Shown here: piece after piece, positions 17,000-26,122 of the stretch
Position numbering within the stretch: the stretch's first letter is position 1
Layout of the letters: every line of letters begins with the position of its first letter
From: Candidatus Pacearchaeota archaeon
GTDB taxonomy: Archaea > Nanobdellota > Nanobdellia > Pacearchaeales > UBA284
Direction of reading: 5' to 3'
Assembly (NCBI GenBank): GCA_026016245.1
Contig: CP061211.1
Span: forward strand, 180,001-212,000
DNA length: 32,000 bases
Notes under the pieces: generated by a model
The model's input: the letters and a program-made list of their open reading frames with translations, nothing else
What the model was told of the DNA's origin: nothing
The model's database searches: none
Made by a program: the position numbers and the translations under genes

Positions 17000-19399
17000 T
17001 TACTTTATTGCTTTAAATGCCGCATTAATTGAATTCTCAGGCCATCCTGCTCCTTTTAGCTTGGCTTTAATCTCTGCTCTTGTTGCTCCAGTCGCTAGTG
17101 CATCTCTTATGTAAGAAGTTAACTCAGGATAAGATTCTTTTGCCTTTGGTTTTTTTCCTGCTTTTGGAAGAATGAATTGTTTGACAATAAAGATTATAGC
17201 TGCAAGAAGGATTACTCCTATCAAAACATAGATTAACCAGCCTAAAGCTGGTTTTTCAGGTTCTGGAGGAATGCAAGTTTTTTCTTCTACTGGTATATAA
17301 CTTGAAGGATCTTGAGGATCACATGTTCCAATCAAGTCACATGTTCTGTATTGTATTCCTGTTTCTGGACAGATAGTTGGTTGCCATTGTGTACATGACC
17401 AATCATCTGCTGTACATGGAGGTAGAGCAGCACAAATAGGATCATACCATGTATCATTTAAGATGTGGGTTGTGCTACAATTATTTAGGTCAACACATGT
17501 TCTAGTTCTATAGCTATCAACACAATCTCCCCAGCTACCACATGACCAGTTTTCAACACAACAAGCTCTCTCTTCTGTTTTTGTTCCTAAGCCGCATGTT
17601 GTATCTGTACAGTTTCTTGTCTGTTTATCTGTGCAAGGATAAGGCAGCCATTCAGTACACTGCCAAACTGGCTCGCAAACTTCACCGACTCTAAAAGATT
17701 GTTTTACCTCATACATTGTACAGGTTTCAAGAGTAATCCACTCTCCTGTTTGTGGATCCTGTATAGTACCACAATATTTGTTAGTTGGTTTGTATTGGAT
17801 TTTCACAACAAGATCATAAGTTCCATTTTCTCCAGGAGTTTTGAAGTGAGTTAAATCATCTAAAAACAGCTCATAAATATTATCCCAGTTTTTACAGCTG
17901 CTTGGAGCATTTGATGATGTATCTAAACAAGCTGCATAACCACTACCAAAATCAAATAAAGTACAAATGCTATCCTTACATCTTCCTGATTGGGTATCTT
18001 CATCTGACCATTCTGAAGGATTTTTTATATATTGGAAAAATCCGCTAGTTATGTTTCTTTTATTATCTGATGTTGATTCTCTCACAAAAGTTGCCAAGGT
18101 CAAAGGAAGATTTGCTGCACAACTTGACCAGCATTCATCTCCTTCTTCAGGGCATTCAAACTGTTCAAAATAGCTTCCTAGACCAGTTCCTTCTGCGCAA
18201 CACTTCTTGCCTCTAGCTTCACATAAATCTGAAGGGGTTACTCCTGTAGTTGTTTTTGTCAGCTTAATATCATCCCATCTTACTATTTGTGCATAAGGCC
18301 AGGTTGTACTAGGTTTACCATGAGATATTATCCAAATTTCCTTTACTAAATCATTCTCTGGCCATCCTTGTGCTATCCAGTCTGAATATAAATCAGCGCT
18401 CTCATTTGACCAATTACTTATAGTTGGCAAGGTTTTTGGAATGAAGGCATCTATATTAGGATTATAATTTGGATAAATAGCTGTGAATGAACAAGCATTG
18501 TCAATAGGATAATAATAATGTAATTTCTTACCAGAATTTGATTTAATTACAAGTTCAAAAGCACAACCTAAATCATATTTATACCAGTTAAGTTTCCATT
18601 GCAAAGGATCTGATAATAGTATTCCTTGGAAACTTAAACCATCAAAATTTAATTCATTCTCAGTTTCAAAGTTAGAGCCAGATGATGAATAGGTCGCTTT
18701 TCTCTCAGGAATATATCCTTTTCTGAATGCAGAGATTGGGGAGGCTCTTGCTGTCAAGTCTTGGTAAAAAGCAGCATATCCTTGTGTCATCTGAATGCTA
18801 TTAGAATCTGTGAATGCAACTATGCTTGTGACTTGTCCTAAAGGATCCATCCAATATTCCTCTATTCCAAATGCATTTCCTGCCATCCCAACAACAGATG
18901 GAGTCCAGCTTCTTGGCAAACTGCCCCAGATATCCTCAAAACCACTATTAATAATAATTTGTCTACATTGCGGGCCCATCATCTGACAGCAAATTCCTTC
19001 AGGGTCTGCTCTATTCACTACACATTCACCTAATGTTTCATTATATATAAACCAAGATATCTCCTGATTATTATCACAAAGATATTTTGAACATTTCGGC
19101 TTGTTAGTATAGACAAGAAAATTAATTTCTGTGTTTGGGGGCAATAAATCTCCTGGTTGAAGCATTAATTTTACAGAACCATTAAAATTCGAGCTTCTAT
19201 TGTAACTAGACCTAGCTAGCTCACTAGTTAATGTTGCTACTCCTGTCACAGGCATCTTAGGTGTTGGTGATTCTCTAAATAATATCATTATTGCAACAAC
19301 AACAAATATTAAAAATAAAATAAGAACAATTTTTTCCTTAGTATTGTAAGGCATTCTTTTCACTGCTGGTTCTTTATGCCTCTTTTTCATTTTTCTCAT
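17000..19399 (-). CDS. large Cys-rich surface protein: N-terminal TM/signal anchor, jelly-roll (CBM4/9-like) domain, Cys-rich region with three W-x-C-x2-W repeats, C-terminal TM and short cytoplasmic tail
   Basis: Hydrophobic aa 24-41 and 719-739. NSGFEDIWG...WTP ... IVRWDDIKL resembles the start and end signatures of CBM_4_9/galactose-binding-like domains. There are about 50 Cys and many N-x-S/T sequons. Confidence 0.7.
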   Translation of the reverse strand: MRKMKKRHKEPAVKRMPYNTKEKIVLILFLIFVVVAIMILFRESPTPKMPVTGVATLTSELARSSYNRSSNFNGSVKLMLQPGDLLPPNTEINFLVYTNKPKCSKYLCDNNQEISWFIYNETLGECVVNRADPEGICCQMMGPQCRQIIINSGFEDIWGSLPRSWTPSVVGMAGNAFGIEEYWMDPLGQVTSIVAFTDSNSIQMTQGYAAFYQDLTARASPISAFRKGYIPERKATYSSSGSNFETENELNFDGLSFQGILLSDPLQWKLNWYKYDLGCAFELVIKSNSGKKLHYYYPIDNACSFTAIYPNYNPNIDAFIPKTLPTISNWSNESADLYSDWIAQGWPENDLVKEIWIISHGKPSTTWPYAQIVRWDDIKLTKTTTGVTPSDLCEARGKKCCAEGTGLGSYFEQFECPEEGDECWSSCAANLPLTLATFVRESTSDNKRNITSGFFQYIKNPSEWSDEDTQSGRCKDSICTLFDFGSGYAACLDTSSNAPSSCKNWDNIYELFLDDLTHFKTPGENGTYDLVVKIQYKPTNKYCGTIQDPQTGEWITLETCTMYEVKQSFRVGEVCEPVWQCTEWLPYPCTDKQTRNCTDTTCGLGTKTEERACCVENWSCGSWGDCVDSYRTRTCVDLNNCSTTHILNDTWYDPICAALPPCTADDWSCTQWQPTICPETGIQYRTCDLIGTCDPQDPSSYIPVEEKTCIPPEPEKPALGWLIYVLIGVILLAAIIFIVKQFILPKAGKKPKAKESYPELTSYIRDALATGATRAEIKAKLKGAGWPENSINAAFKAIK

Positions 19400-19488
19400 T
19401 ACTAAAAGAATATATTTGGATATTTAAATAGATTTCGGTAAATTCTTGTAAACATTAGATTTAAAAAATATTTTACCTTGAAAATATC

Positions 19489-21903
19489 ATGAAAAAAGAA
19501 GTGAAAAGAAAGAAAAAAAGAAAAAAGAAAATAATAGATTTTAATGTCATAGAAAAAAAATGGCAAAATTATTGGGAGAAGGAAAAAATATATAGGTTTG
19601 ATCCTAAAAGCAAGAAGAAAATATTTTCTATAGATGTCCCCCCACCTTATGCTTCTTCTGGCCATCTTCATGTTGGCCATGCTTTACATTATACACAGTT
19701 TGAGATAATTGCAAGATTTAGGAGAATGTTAGGAGAGAATGTTTATTTTGCTCCGTGTTTTGATGACAATGGCCTGCCTACAGAGAAGTATGTAGAGGAA
19801 AAATTAGGAATCTCAAAGAAGGATGTGACAAGAGCAAAGTTCAGGAAATTATGTTTAGAAGAATCCAAAAAAATAGAGAAAACATATTCAGATAGAGTTT
19901 TCAAAAAACTAGGGCATAGTTATGACTGGTCTCTCCTTTATACAACTATCTCTCCTGAAGCACAAAAAATAGCTCAAGTTTCTTTCCTTGATTTAATTAA
20001 GAAAGGTGATTGTTATAGGGCTGAGGAACCAACTATTTGGTGTCCTTATCACCAAACAGCTCTTGCACAAGCAGAAGTTGAGGATTTGAAAAGAACAACT
20101 CAGCTAAATTATATTTATTTTGACTTAGAAGGGGAAAAAGAGAAAATAAAGATAGCGACAACTAGGCCTGAATTACTTGCTTCTTGTGTTGGCGTCTTTG
20201 TCAATCCATCAGATATAAAAAACAAAAAATTGGTTGGAAAAACAGCAATAGTTCCTCTCTTCGGTTATAAAGTTAGAATTATGGAAGATGAGAAAGTAGA
20301 CCCAGAATTTGGAACAGGAATAGTGATGGTATGTACATTTGGTGATACAGGTGATATAGAATTCTGGAAAAAATATAAACTAGATTTAAAAATAAGCATA
20401 GATAAAGAAGGTAAATTAACTGAAGTTGCTGGAAAATACAAGGGTTTGGATATCAAAAGAGCAAAAGAAAAAATTCTAGAGGATTTGAGGAAGGAAAAAA
20501 GGCTAGAGAAGCAGGAGACAATAGAGCAGACAGTTGGAGCTTGTTGGAGATGTTCAACACCAATAGAATTCATAGTTACAAAGCAATGGTTCATAAAAAC
20601 TTTGCAATATAAGGAAAAACTGATTGGATTTGGAAGAAAAATTCAATGGTTTCCTCAATTCTATAGAATGAGATATGAAGACTGGGTCAGGAATCTAGGA
20701 TGGGACTGGACCATCAGCAGACAAAGATATTATGGTGTTCCTATCCCTGTCTGGTATTGTAAAAAATGTAAAAAAATAATTTTTGCTGAAAAGAACAATC
20801 TACCAGTTGATCCTACAGCAAGCAAGCCAAAAAAGAAATGCTCTTGCGGCTCAAATCAATTTAAACCAGAGTATGATGTTTTTGATACATGGATGACTTC
20901 AAGTATGACACCACAAATAGCTATGAGATGGTTAAAAAAGCCAAAGGAATTCAAAAAAATGTTTCCTGCATCACTCAGACCTCAAGCTCATGATATAATC
21001 AGAACCTGGACTTTTTACACAATTCTTAAGTCATTTTTACATTTCAGTAGTATTCCCTGGAAAAATATTGCTATAGGCACTTATGTTTTAGATTCTAAAG
21101 GAAAAGGCATGCACAAGTCTAAAGGTAATGTTATATGGGCAGAGGATATTTTAAATAAGTATAGTACTGATGTTTTCAGATACTGGGTTGGAATAGCCAC
21201 TTTTGGTGAAGATTTAAGATATCAAGAAAAGGATTTAATAGCAGGAAAAAAATTTTTAACAAAACTCTGGAATGCTTTCAACTTTTCCTCAATACATTTA
21301 AAAAATTACAAGTCAAAGAAACCAAAAAAATTACAAGCTATAGATCAATGGCTTCTTTCAAAGATACAAAAACTTATACAAGAAATAACAAAAGATTTTA
21401 AAAATTACAAGACAGGAAACGTAACAAGAAAAATTGAATACTTTTTCTGGCATATTTTCTGTGATAATTATCTGGAAATATCAAAAAACAGATTATACCA
21501 AGGAAAAAAACAAGAAAAAGAATCTGCGCAATACACTCTCTACAATTCTTTCCTAACACTAATAAAAATTCTTGCACCAACAGTCCCGCATATAACAGAA
21601 GAACTTTATCAGCAATACTATAGAAAACATGAAAAAGTAAAAAGTATCCATATAGCAGAATGGCCAAAACCTGTTGCAGGATTAATAAATGAAAAAATAG
21701 AGAAGCTTGGGGATAAAGCAATTGAGATAATAGGAAAAGTAAGACAATATAAAACAAAAAATCAGAAATCTCTCAAAGCTGAAATTATTCTCACACTAGA
21801 TAAAGACAAAATAAAAGAACTCAAGCCTTTTATTCAAGACCTGGCTGCTGTAACAAAAGCAAAAGAAATAAAAACAGGAAAATTTGATATAAAATTTCTT
21901 TAA
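19489..21903 (+). CDS. valS: valyl-tRNA synthetase (class I aaRS) with poly-Lys N-terminal extension
   Basis: PPPYASSGHLHVGHAL (HIGH), GMHKSKGN (KMSKS), FDDNGLPTE, TTRPELL...VFVNPSD and WCPYHQTALAQAEVE are ValRS-like. The 804-aa size fits a compact archaeal ValRS. TATA atttaaaaaa lies ~26 nt upstream of the ATG. Confidence 0.8.
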   Translation: MKKEVKRKKKRKKKIIDFNVIEKKWQNYWEKEKIYRFDPKSKKKIFSIDVPPPYASSGHLHVGHALHYTQFEIIARFRRMLGENVYFAPCFDDNGLPTEKYVEEKLGISKKDVTRAKFRKLCLEESKKIEKTYSDRVFKKLGHSYDWSLLYTTISPEAQKIAQVSFLDLIKKGDCYRAEEPTIWCPYHQTALAQAEVEDLKRTTQLNYIYFDLEGEKEKIKIATTRPELLASCVGVFVNPSDIKNKKLVGKTAIVPLFGYKVRIMEDEKVDPEFGTGIVMVCTFGDTGDIEFWKKYKLDLKISIDKEGKLTEVAGKYKGLDIKRAKEKILEDLRKEKRLEKQETIEQTVGACWRCSTPIEFIVTKQWFIKTLQYKEKLIGFGRKIQWFPQFYRMRYEDWVRNLGWDWTISRQRYYGVPIPVWYCKKCKKIIFAEKNNLPVDPTASKPKKKCSCGSNQFKPEYDVFDTWMTSSMTPQIAMRWLKKPKEFKKMFPASLRPQAHDIIRTWTFYTILKSFLHFSSIPWKNIAIGTYVLDSKGKGMHKSKGNVIWAEDILNKYSTDVFRYWVGIATFGEDLRYQEKDLIAGKKFLTKLWNAFNFSSIHLKNYKSKKPKKLQAIDQWLLSKIQKLIQEITKDFKNYKTGNVTRKIEYFFWHIFCDNYLEISKNRLYQGKKQEKESAQYTLYNSFLTLIKILAPTVPHITEELYQQYYRKHEKVKSIHIAEWPKPVAGLINEKIEKLGDKAIEIIGKVRQYKTKNQKSLKAEIILTLDKDKIKELKPFIQDLAAVTKAKEIKTGKFDIKFL

Positions 21904-23162
21904 CTATGTTTATCAAATTCTTTGTAAATATCTTCTCTTATTTTAACTAGTTCTTCTTTTGGAATCTTACATTTCACAACCGGTTTATCTGTTGTATATT
22001 CGCTAAAGTCTTCAGTAAGTAATAAATCCATATTTTTATATTCTTCAAATAAAGGCAACGTAGGAAATGGTGTAAAAAAGGCTAGTCTTAATCTATTTAA
22101 TGGCAATTCAATGATAGTTTCTTTAAATTTAGCTAAACTTTCTCGGTTATCTTTAGGATAACCAATCATAAAATAACCCACAGTCTGAATACCAAATTGT
22201 GCTGTTAAATCTAATATCTTTTTTGTTTCGGAAAATTTTTGTATTTTTCCTATTGTTTTAAGCATTGTATCTTCAGTAGCTTCAATACCATATCTAATTT
22301 CAAAACAGCCTGTTTCTTTCATTACATTTAAAATGCCCTTGTCTATTTGATGAGGAGAGCACATTACAGAATACTTTAAGTCTATATTTTCCTTTTTTAT
22401 CTCGTTAAGAAGTTCATATACTCTGTTTTTATTAAGATTAAATGTTAAATCAGTAAAATAAAATTTATTAGCTCCTAGTTCCTTGGCTTGTTTTATTTCT
22501 TCAATTGTATTTTTAGCAGACCTCCAATTTACTTGACGATTCCAAATTCTATATGAATCACAAAAAGTACACCTATGTGGACAGCCTCTTGAATGAGCTA
22601 TCTGTATTATATTATCATATTTTTTTATACTCTTTTTAGTACGAAGCGGAAATGCCAATTCATCTAAATTCTTTATTCTTTCTCTCGGTTTCGTTATTCT
22701 TAAGTGATCATCCCAATAAGCAATTCCTCTAACTTCACTAATATCTTTGCCAGATTCTAGAGCCTTTACTAATGCACTAAAAGTAATTTCACCTTCACCA
22801 ATAACAACAAAATCTATATTTCTATCTCTAACAATTTGAGGATAACCTGATGGGTGATAACCTCCCATAACTGTTATTATTTTTGGATTGTATTTTTTAA
22901 TTCCATCGCATAATTTTTGCGTATTTGGAGCAGTAAAAGTATATACAGAAAACCCCACAAGATCTGGTTGTTCTTCTGTTATCTCTTTTAGTATTTCCTT
23001 ATTTGACCTGTGCCTTTGATGAATTATTTTTATGTTATGATCTTGCTTTATTTGGGCACCAATATATTGAAGAGCTAATGGTTCACACCATATTTCTTGG
23101 TCAATATATATCGCGCTTCTGTATTTTTCCCTATTTGGTTCTATTAAGACTATGTTTTTCAT
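21900..23162 (-). CDS. B12-binding-domain radical SAM enzyme (class B)
   Basis: N-terminal Rossmann/cobalamin-like region (DLVGFSVYT...ITVMGGYHPS), then HSRGCPHRCTFCDS (CxxxCxxC). Confidence 0.8.
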   Translation of the reverse strand: MKNIVLIEPNREKYRSAIYIDQEIWCEPLALQYIGAQIKQDHNIKIIHQRHRSNKEILKEITEEQPDLVGFSVYTFTAPNTQKLCDGIKKYNPKIITVMGGYHPSGYPQIVRDRNIDFVVIGEGEITFSALVKALESGKDISEVRGIAYWDDHLRITKPRERIKNLDELAFPLRTKKSIKKYDNIIQIAHSRGCPHRCTFCDSYRIWNRQVNWRSAKNTIEEIKQAKELGANKFYFTDLTFNLNKNRVYELLNEIKKENIDLKYSVMCSPHQIDKGILNVMKETGCFEIRYGIEATEDTMLKTIGKIQKFSETKKILDLTAQFGIQTVGYFMIGYPKDNRESLAKFKETIIELPLNRLRLAFFTPFPTLPLFEEYKNMDLLLTEDFSEYTTDKPVVKCKIPKEELVKIREDIYKEFDKHS

Positions 23163-24180
23163 TTTTTATTTCCTGTTCTTTAATATAATCCTCTAATTTT
23201 TCTCTAGAAAGATACATTTTTTCTACGTCAATTTTTTTTCTTAGAATTCCATATTCAACCAATATGTCTGCAAGATATTGAACTTTTTCTAAGTCAACTG
23301 GTTCTGTTGACTTTACTTTAAAATATATTCCCATCTCTGTTGCAAGTTCAGAAGATAAGTAACTAACATATTTAGCAACAATCTTTTTTCCCTCTATAGG
23401 ATTCTCTTTATAAAAATCTAGTGCCTCATCAAGCGCATCCATTACTTTTTCAACAATCTTTGGATTTCTTTTTGCATACTTTGTTAATACTGCGCTAGCC
23501 CCAGACCAATAAGGATCAATTATATAATTAGCTCGCGGATTTTTGATTAACAACCTGGCTCCTCCTTTTGCCATTGTTAGAATTAGATAAGGTTGACTGA
23601 TGAAGAGAACATCAATTCTATTAGCAGTAAGAGTATGGGCTGCTACTTCTAAGCCCACGGGTATTATTTTAACATCTCTCTCAAGATTCAACTGGAGTTT
23701 GCTTAAAATTAATTTTAGATTAAGAATATCTATTTGAGAAGTAGCTCCGATTTTTTTTTGTCTTAAATCTTCAACAGATTTTATAGAAGATTTTTTATTT
23801 ACCAAGAACCCAAAAATCAGTTCTCCATTACTTTTTTCACCACCTAGATGGAAAATTTTGATAGTGCCAGGATTTTCAGCTTCTATTCCAAATAAATATG
23901 GAAAACTAGTTGGAACATTTAAATCGACTCTTTCACTAATTAATGCATCTGTATGTTCTCTAAAACCACATTTTACAAGTTCAACTTCTAATCCTTCTTT
24001 CTTAAAATACCCTTTATCATCTGCTATAAAATAAGCTATCCCTGAAGCATGTTCCATATAACCAATTCTAACTTTATTTTCTAAATTTTCTTTTTTTCCG
24101 CAGTTAAAACTAAAAAGAAGACTACTTATAAGCAAAATTTTTATTATTTTTTTACTAAGATTTTTTATTTTGAAGTTCAT
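23131..24180 (-). CDS. ABC-transporter-type substrate-binding protein (NMT1/SsuA/TauA-like), probable lipoprotein
   Basis: Signal peptide KKIIKILLISSLLFSFN-C. KVRIGYMEH...YFIADDKGYFKKEGLEVELV is typical of the NitT/TauT SBP family. Overlaps the downstream radical SAM gene by 32 nt. Confidence 0.7.
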   Translation of the reverse strand: MNFKIKNLSKKIIKILLISSLLFSFNCGKKENLENKVRIGYMEHASGIAYFIADDKGYFKKEGLEVELVKCGFREHTDALISERVDLNVPTSFPYLFGIEAENPGTIKIFHLGGEKSNGELIFGFLVNKKSSIKSVEDLRQKKIGATSQIDILNLKLILSKLQLNLERDVKIIPVGLEVAAHTLTANRIDVLFISQPYLILTMAKGGARLLIKNPRANYIIDPYWSGASAVLTKYAKRNPKIVEKVMDALDEALDFYKENPIEGKKIVAKYVSYLSSELATEMGIYFKVKSTEPVDLEKVQYLADILVEYGILRKKIDVEKMYLSREKLEDYIKEQEIKNEKHSLNRTK

Positions 24181-24234
24181 TTTTAAATTATTTACTTTAT
24201 AATGGTGGCATAATAAAAAAAATTATAAATCTTC

Positions 24235-24255
24235 GTTGTCTTATATATGGACAAC
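24235..24255. promoter_or_regulatory. inverted repeat GTTGTC-N9-GACAAC in a divergent promoter region (candidate TrmB operator)
   Basis: The 6-bp arms are perfect and flank the AT-rich ttatatatg. The site lies between the SBP/rSAM operon (-) and trmB-like gene (+). Confidence 0.4.
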
Positions 24256-24295
24256 AATAGAAAAATTTAAAAAAGCAATTATCTTCTGAGAAAAT

Positions 24296-25063
24296 ATGAA
24301 CAAAGAAACTTTAAAGAAACTGGGATTAACAGAAAGCGAAATAAATGTTTATTTAGCTCTAATAGAGTTAGGAAGCAGTTTAGCTAGCAAAGTTGCTAAA
24401 AAATGTGGTTTGCATAGGACAAATGTATATGATAGTTTAGATAAATTAATTAAAAGAGGCTTGATAAGTTTTGTTGTTAGAGAGAATAGAAAATATTTTT
24501 CTGCTGCAGATCCAGAAAAATTATTAAAAATTTTAGAAGGAAAAAAACAAGAAATCGAACGAGAAGAAAGTAGTCTAAAAACAATAATTTCTGAGCTTAG
24601 AAAAAAGAAAAGATTGACAGAAGAGAAAATAGAAGCACAAATTTACAAGGGAAAAGAGGGATTCAAAACAGTGATGGAAATGATTCTTGAAGAAGCAAAA
24701 GGGAAAGAGTGGCTTTATTTAGGCGGCACTGGCAAAGTTTATGAGTTATTACCTTATTATTTGCCAGCCCTTATAAAAAAAAGAATTAAAGCTAAAATAA
24801 AATTAAAGGTGCTTCTTGCAGATACAAAAGAAACAAGAAATTTAAGCAAAAAAGCTTTTGTAGAATGTAAAGTTAGATTCTTACCAAAAGAAATAAAAAA
24901 TATTACAGCAATTCATGTCTGGAAAGACAAAGTTGCGATAATACCTATAACCCCTACAGCCATAGAAGAACCCGTGGTATTTTTAATACACAATAAAGAA
25001 AACGCAGATTCATTTCGAGACTACTTTAATTGGTTATGGAAAACAGCTGACAGAAAGATTTAA
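24296..25063 (+). CDS. TrmB-family transcriptional regulator
   Basis: N-terminal wHTH LGLTESEINVYLALIELGSSLASKVAKKCGLHRTNVYDSLDKLIKRGLISFV is the TrmB signature. A coiled linker and C-terminal effector-like domain follow. Confidence 0.8.
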   Translation: MNKETLKKLGLTESEINVYLALIELGSSLASKVAKKCGLHRTNVYDSLDKLIKRGLISFVVRENRKYFSAADPEKLLKILEGKKQEIEREESSLKTIISELRKKKRLTEEKIEAQIYKGKEGFKTVMEMILEEAKGKEWLYLGGTGKVYELLPYYLPALIKKRIKAKIKLKVLLADTKETRNLSKKAFVECKVRFLPKEIKNITAIHVWKDKVAIIPITPTAIEEPVVFLIHNKENADSFRDYFNWLWKTADRKI

Positions 25064-25088
25064 AAGTAATGGTTCATATATAGTACAT

Positions 25089-25643
25089 ATGGTTCAAAAT
25101 AGGGACAATGTTGATTCAGAGATAATTTTGCTTTTGCTGAAGGAAGAAACTCATTTAAGAAATATAGCAAGAGCCCTAAAAATACCTCATTCAACAATTC
25201 TAAGAAAATTAGACAGGCTAGTAAAAGAAAATATTCTCGATTATAAAAAAGAGGGAAAAAATAAGGTTTTTTTCATTAAAAAAAATTTACAAGTAAAGAA
25301 TTATATCTTTAATGCAGAAAGATATAAATTTATCAAGCTACTAAAGAAATATTCTGAATTAAATATAATTATTGAAGATATTTTAAAAAAAACAAGCGAG
25401 GATTTGATTGTTCTCTTTGGAAGCTACGCTAAATTTATTGCAAAAAAAGATAGCGACATAGATCTCTATATTGAAACAAGGAACAAGAAAGTTAGAAATA
25501 ATGTAGAATCAATAAATTCAAAGATTAAAGTAAAAATAGGGGTCTTTGATAAAAATTCCCTACTTATAAAGGAAATAATTAAAAATCATATAATCTTGAA
25601 GGGTATGGAGAAATTCTATGAAAACACAGAGTTTTTTAAATGA
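25089..25643 (+). CDS. wHTH + minimal nucleotidyltransferase (MNT) protein, putative antitoxin component
   Basis: LFGSYAKFIAKKDSDIDLYIE matches the GSxxxGxxxxxSDxD pol-beta NTase motif. N-terminal HTH: IARALKIPHSTILRKLDRLV. Confidence 0.75.
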   Translation: MVQNRDNVDSEIILLLLKEETHLRNIARALKIPHSTILRKLDRLVKENILDYKKEGKNKVFFIKKNLQVKNYIFNAERYKFIKLLKKYSELNIIIEDILKKTSEDLIVLFGSYAKFIAKKDSDIDLYIETRNKKVRNNVESINSKIKVKIGVFDKNSLLIKEIIKNHIILKGMEKFYENTEFFK

Positions 25644-26106
25644 AATTAGAAAAGAAGGCAAATTAGAACTTGTAGAGCCTTCAGAAGAAATATGTATCTC
25701 GTATCTTGAGAAAGCTGACAATTGTTTTGAACCTGCTAAAATATTAATGCAAAATAAACTTTATGAAAACTCTATTTCAATGTCTTATTATACAATGTAT
25801 GACTCTTTAGTTGCCTTACTTTTTAAAACAGGAATAAAATGTGAAAATCATTCTGCTTCAATTTTATTACTTACAAAACTATTTAATAAGGAAGATTTAT
25901 TTAAAATCATATCTTTTGCAAAAGAAGAAAGAATAGATAAACAATATTATATAATCTCAGAGAAGAATATCCCATTAATAATAGAATCCAGTAAGGATAT
26001 ATTGAAAAAAGCTGAAGATTTTTTAATCCAAATTAAAATTTTTATTAAAAATTTAAATATACAAAATATAGAAGATCTTAGAAAAAATTTTGAAAATTTA
26101 TTTTAA
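25618..26106 (+). CDS. HEPN-domain protein, putative toxin partner of MNT
   Basis: Overlaps the MNT gene by 26 nt. All-helical, with YLEKADNCFEPAKILMQNKLYENSISMSYYTMYDSLVALLFKTGIKCENH, a typical HEPN layout. Conserved His is present, but the R of Rx4-6H is not obvious. Confidence 0.6.
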   Translation: MKTQSFLNEIRKEGKLELVEPSEEICISYLEKADNCFEPAKILMQNKLYENSISMSYYTMYDSLVALLFKTGIKCENHSASILLLTKLFNKEDLFKIISFAKEERIDKQYYIISEKNIPLIIESSKDILKKAEDFLIQIKIFIKNLNIQNIEDLRKNFENLF

Positions 26107-26122
26107 AAAATAAAAGATTAAA

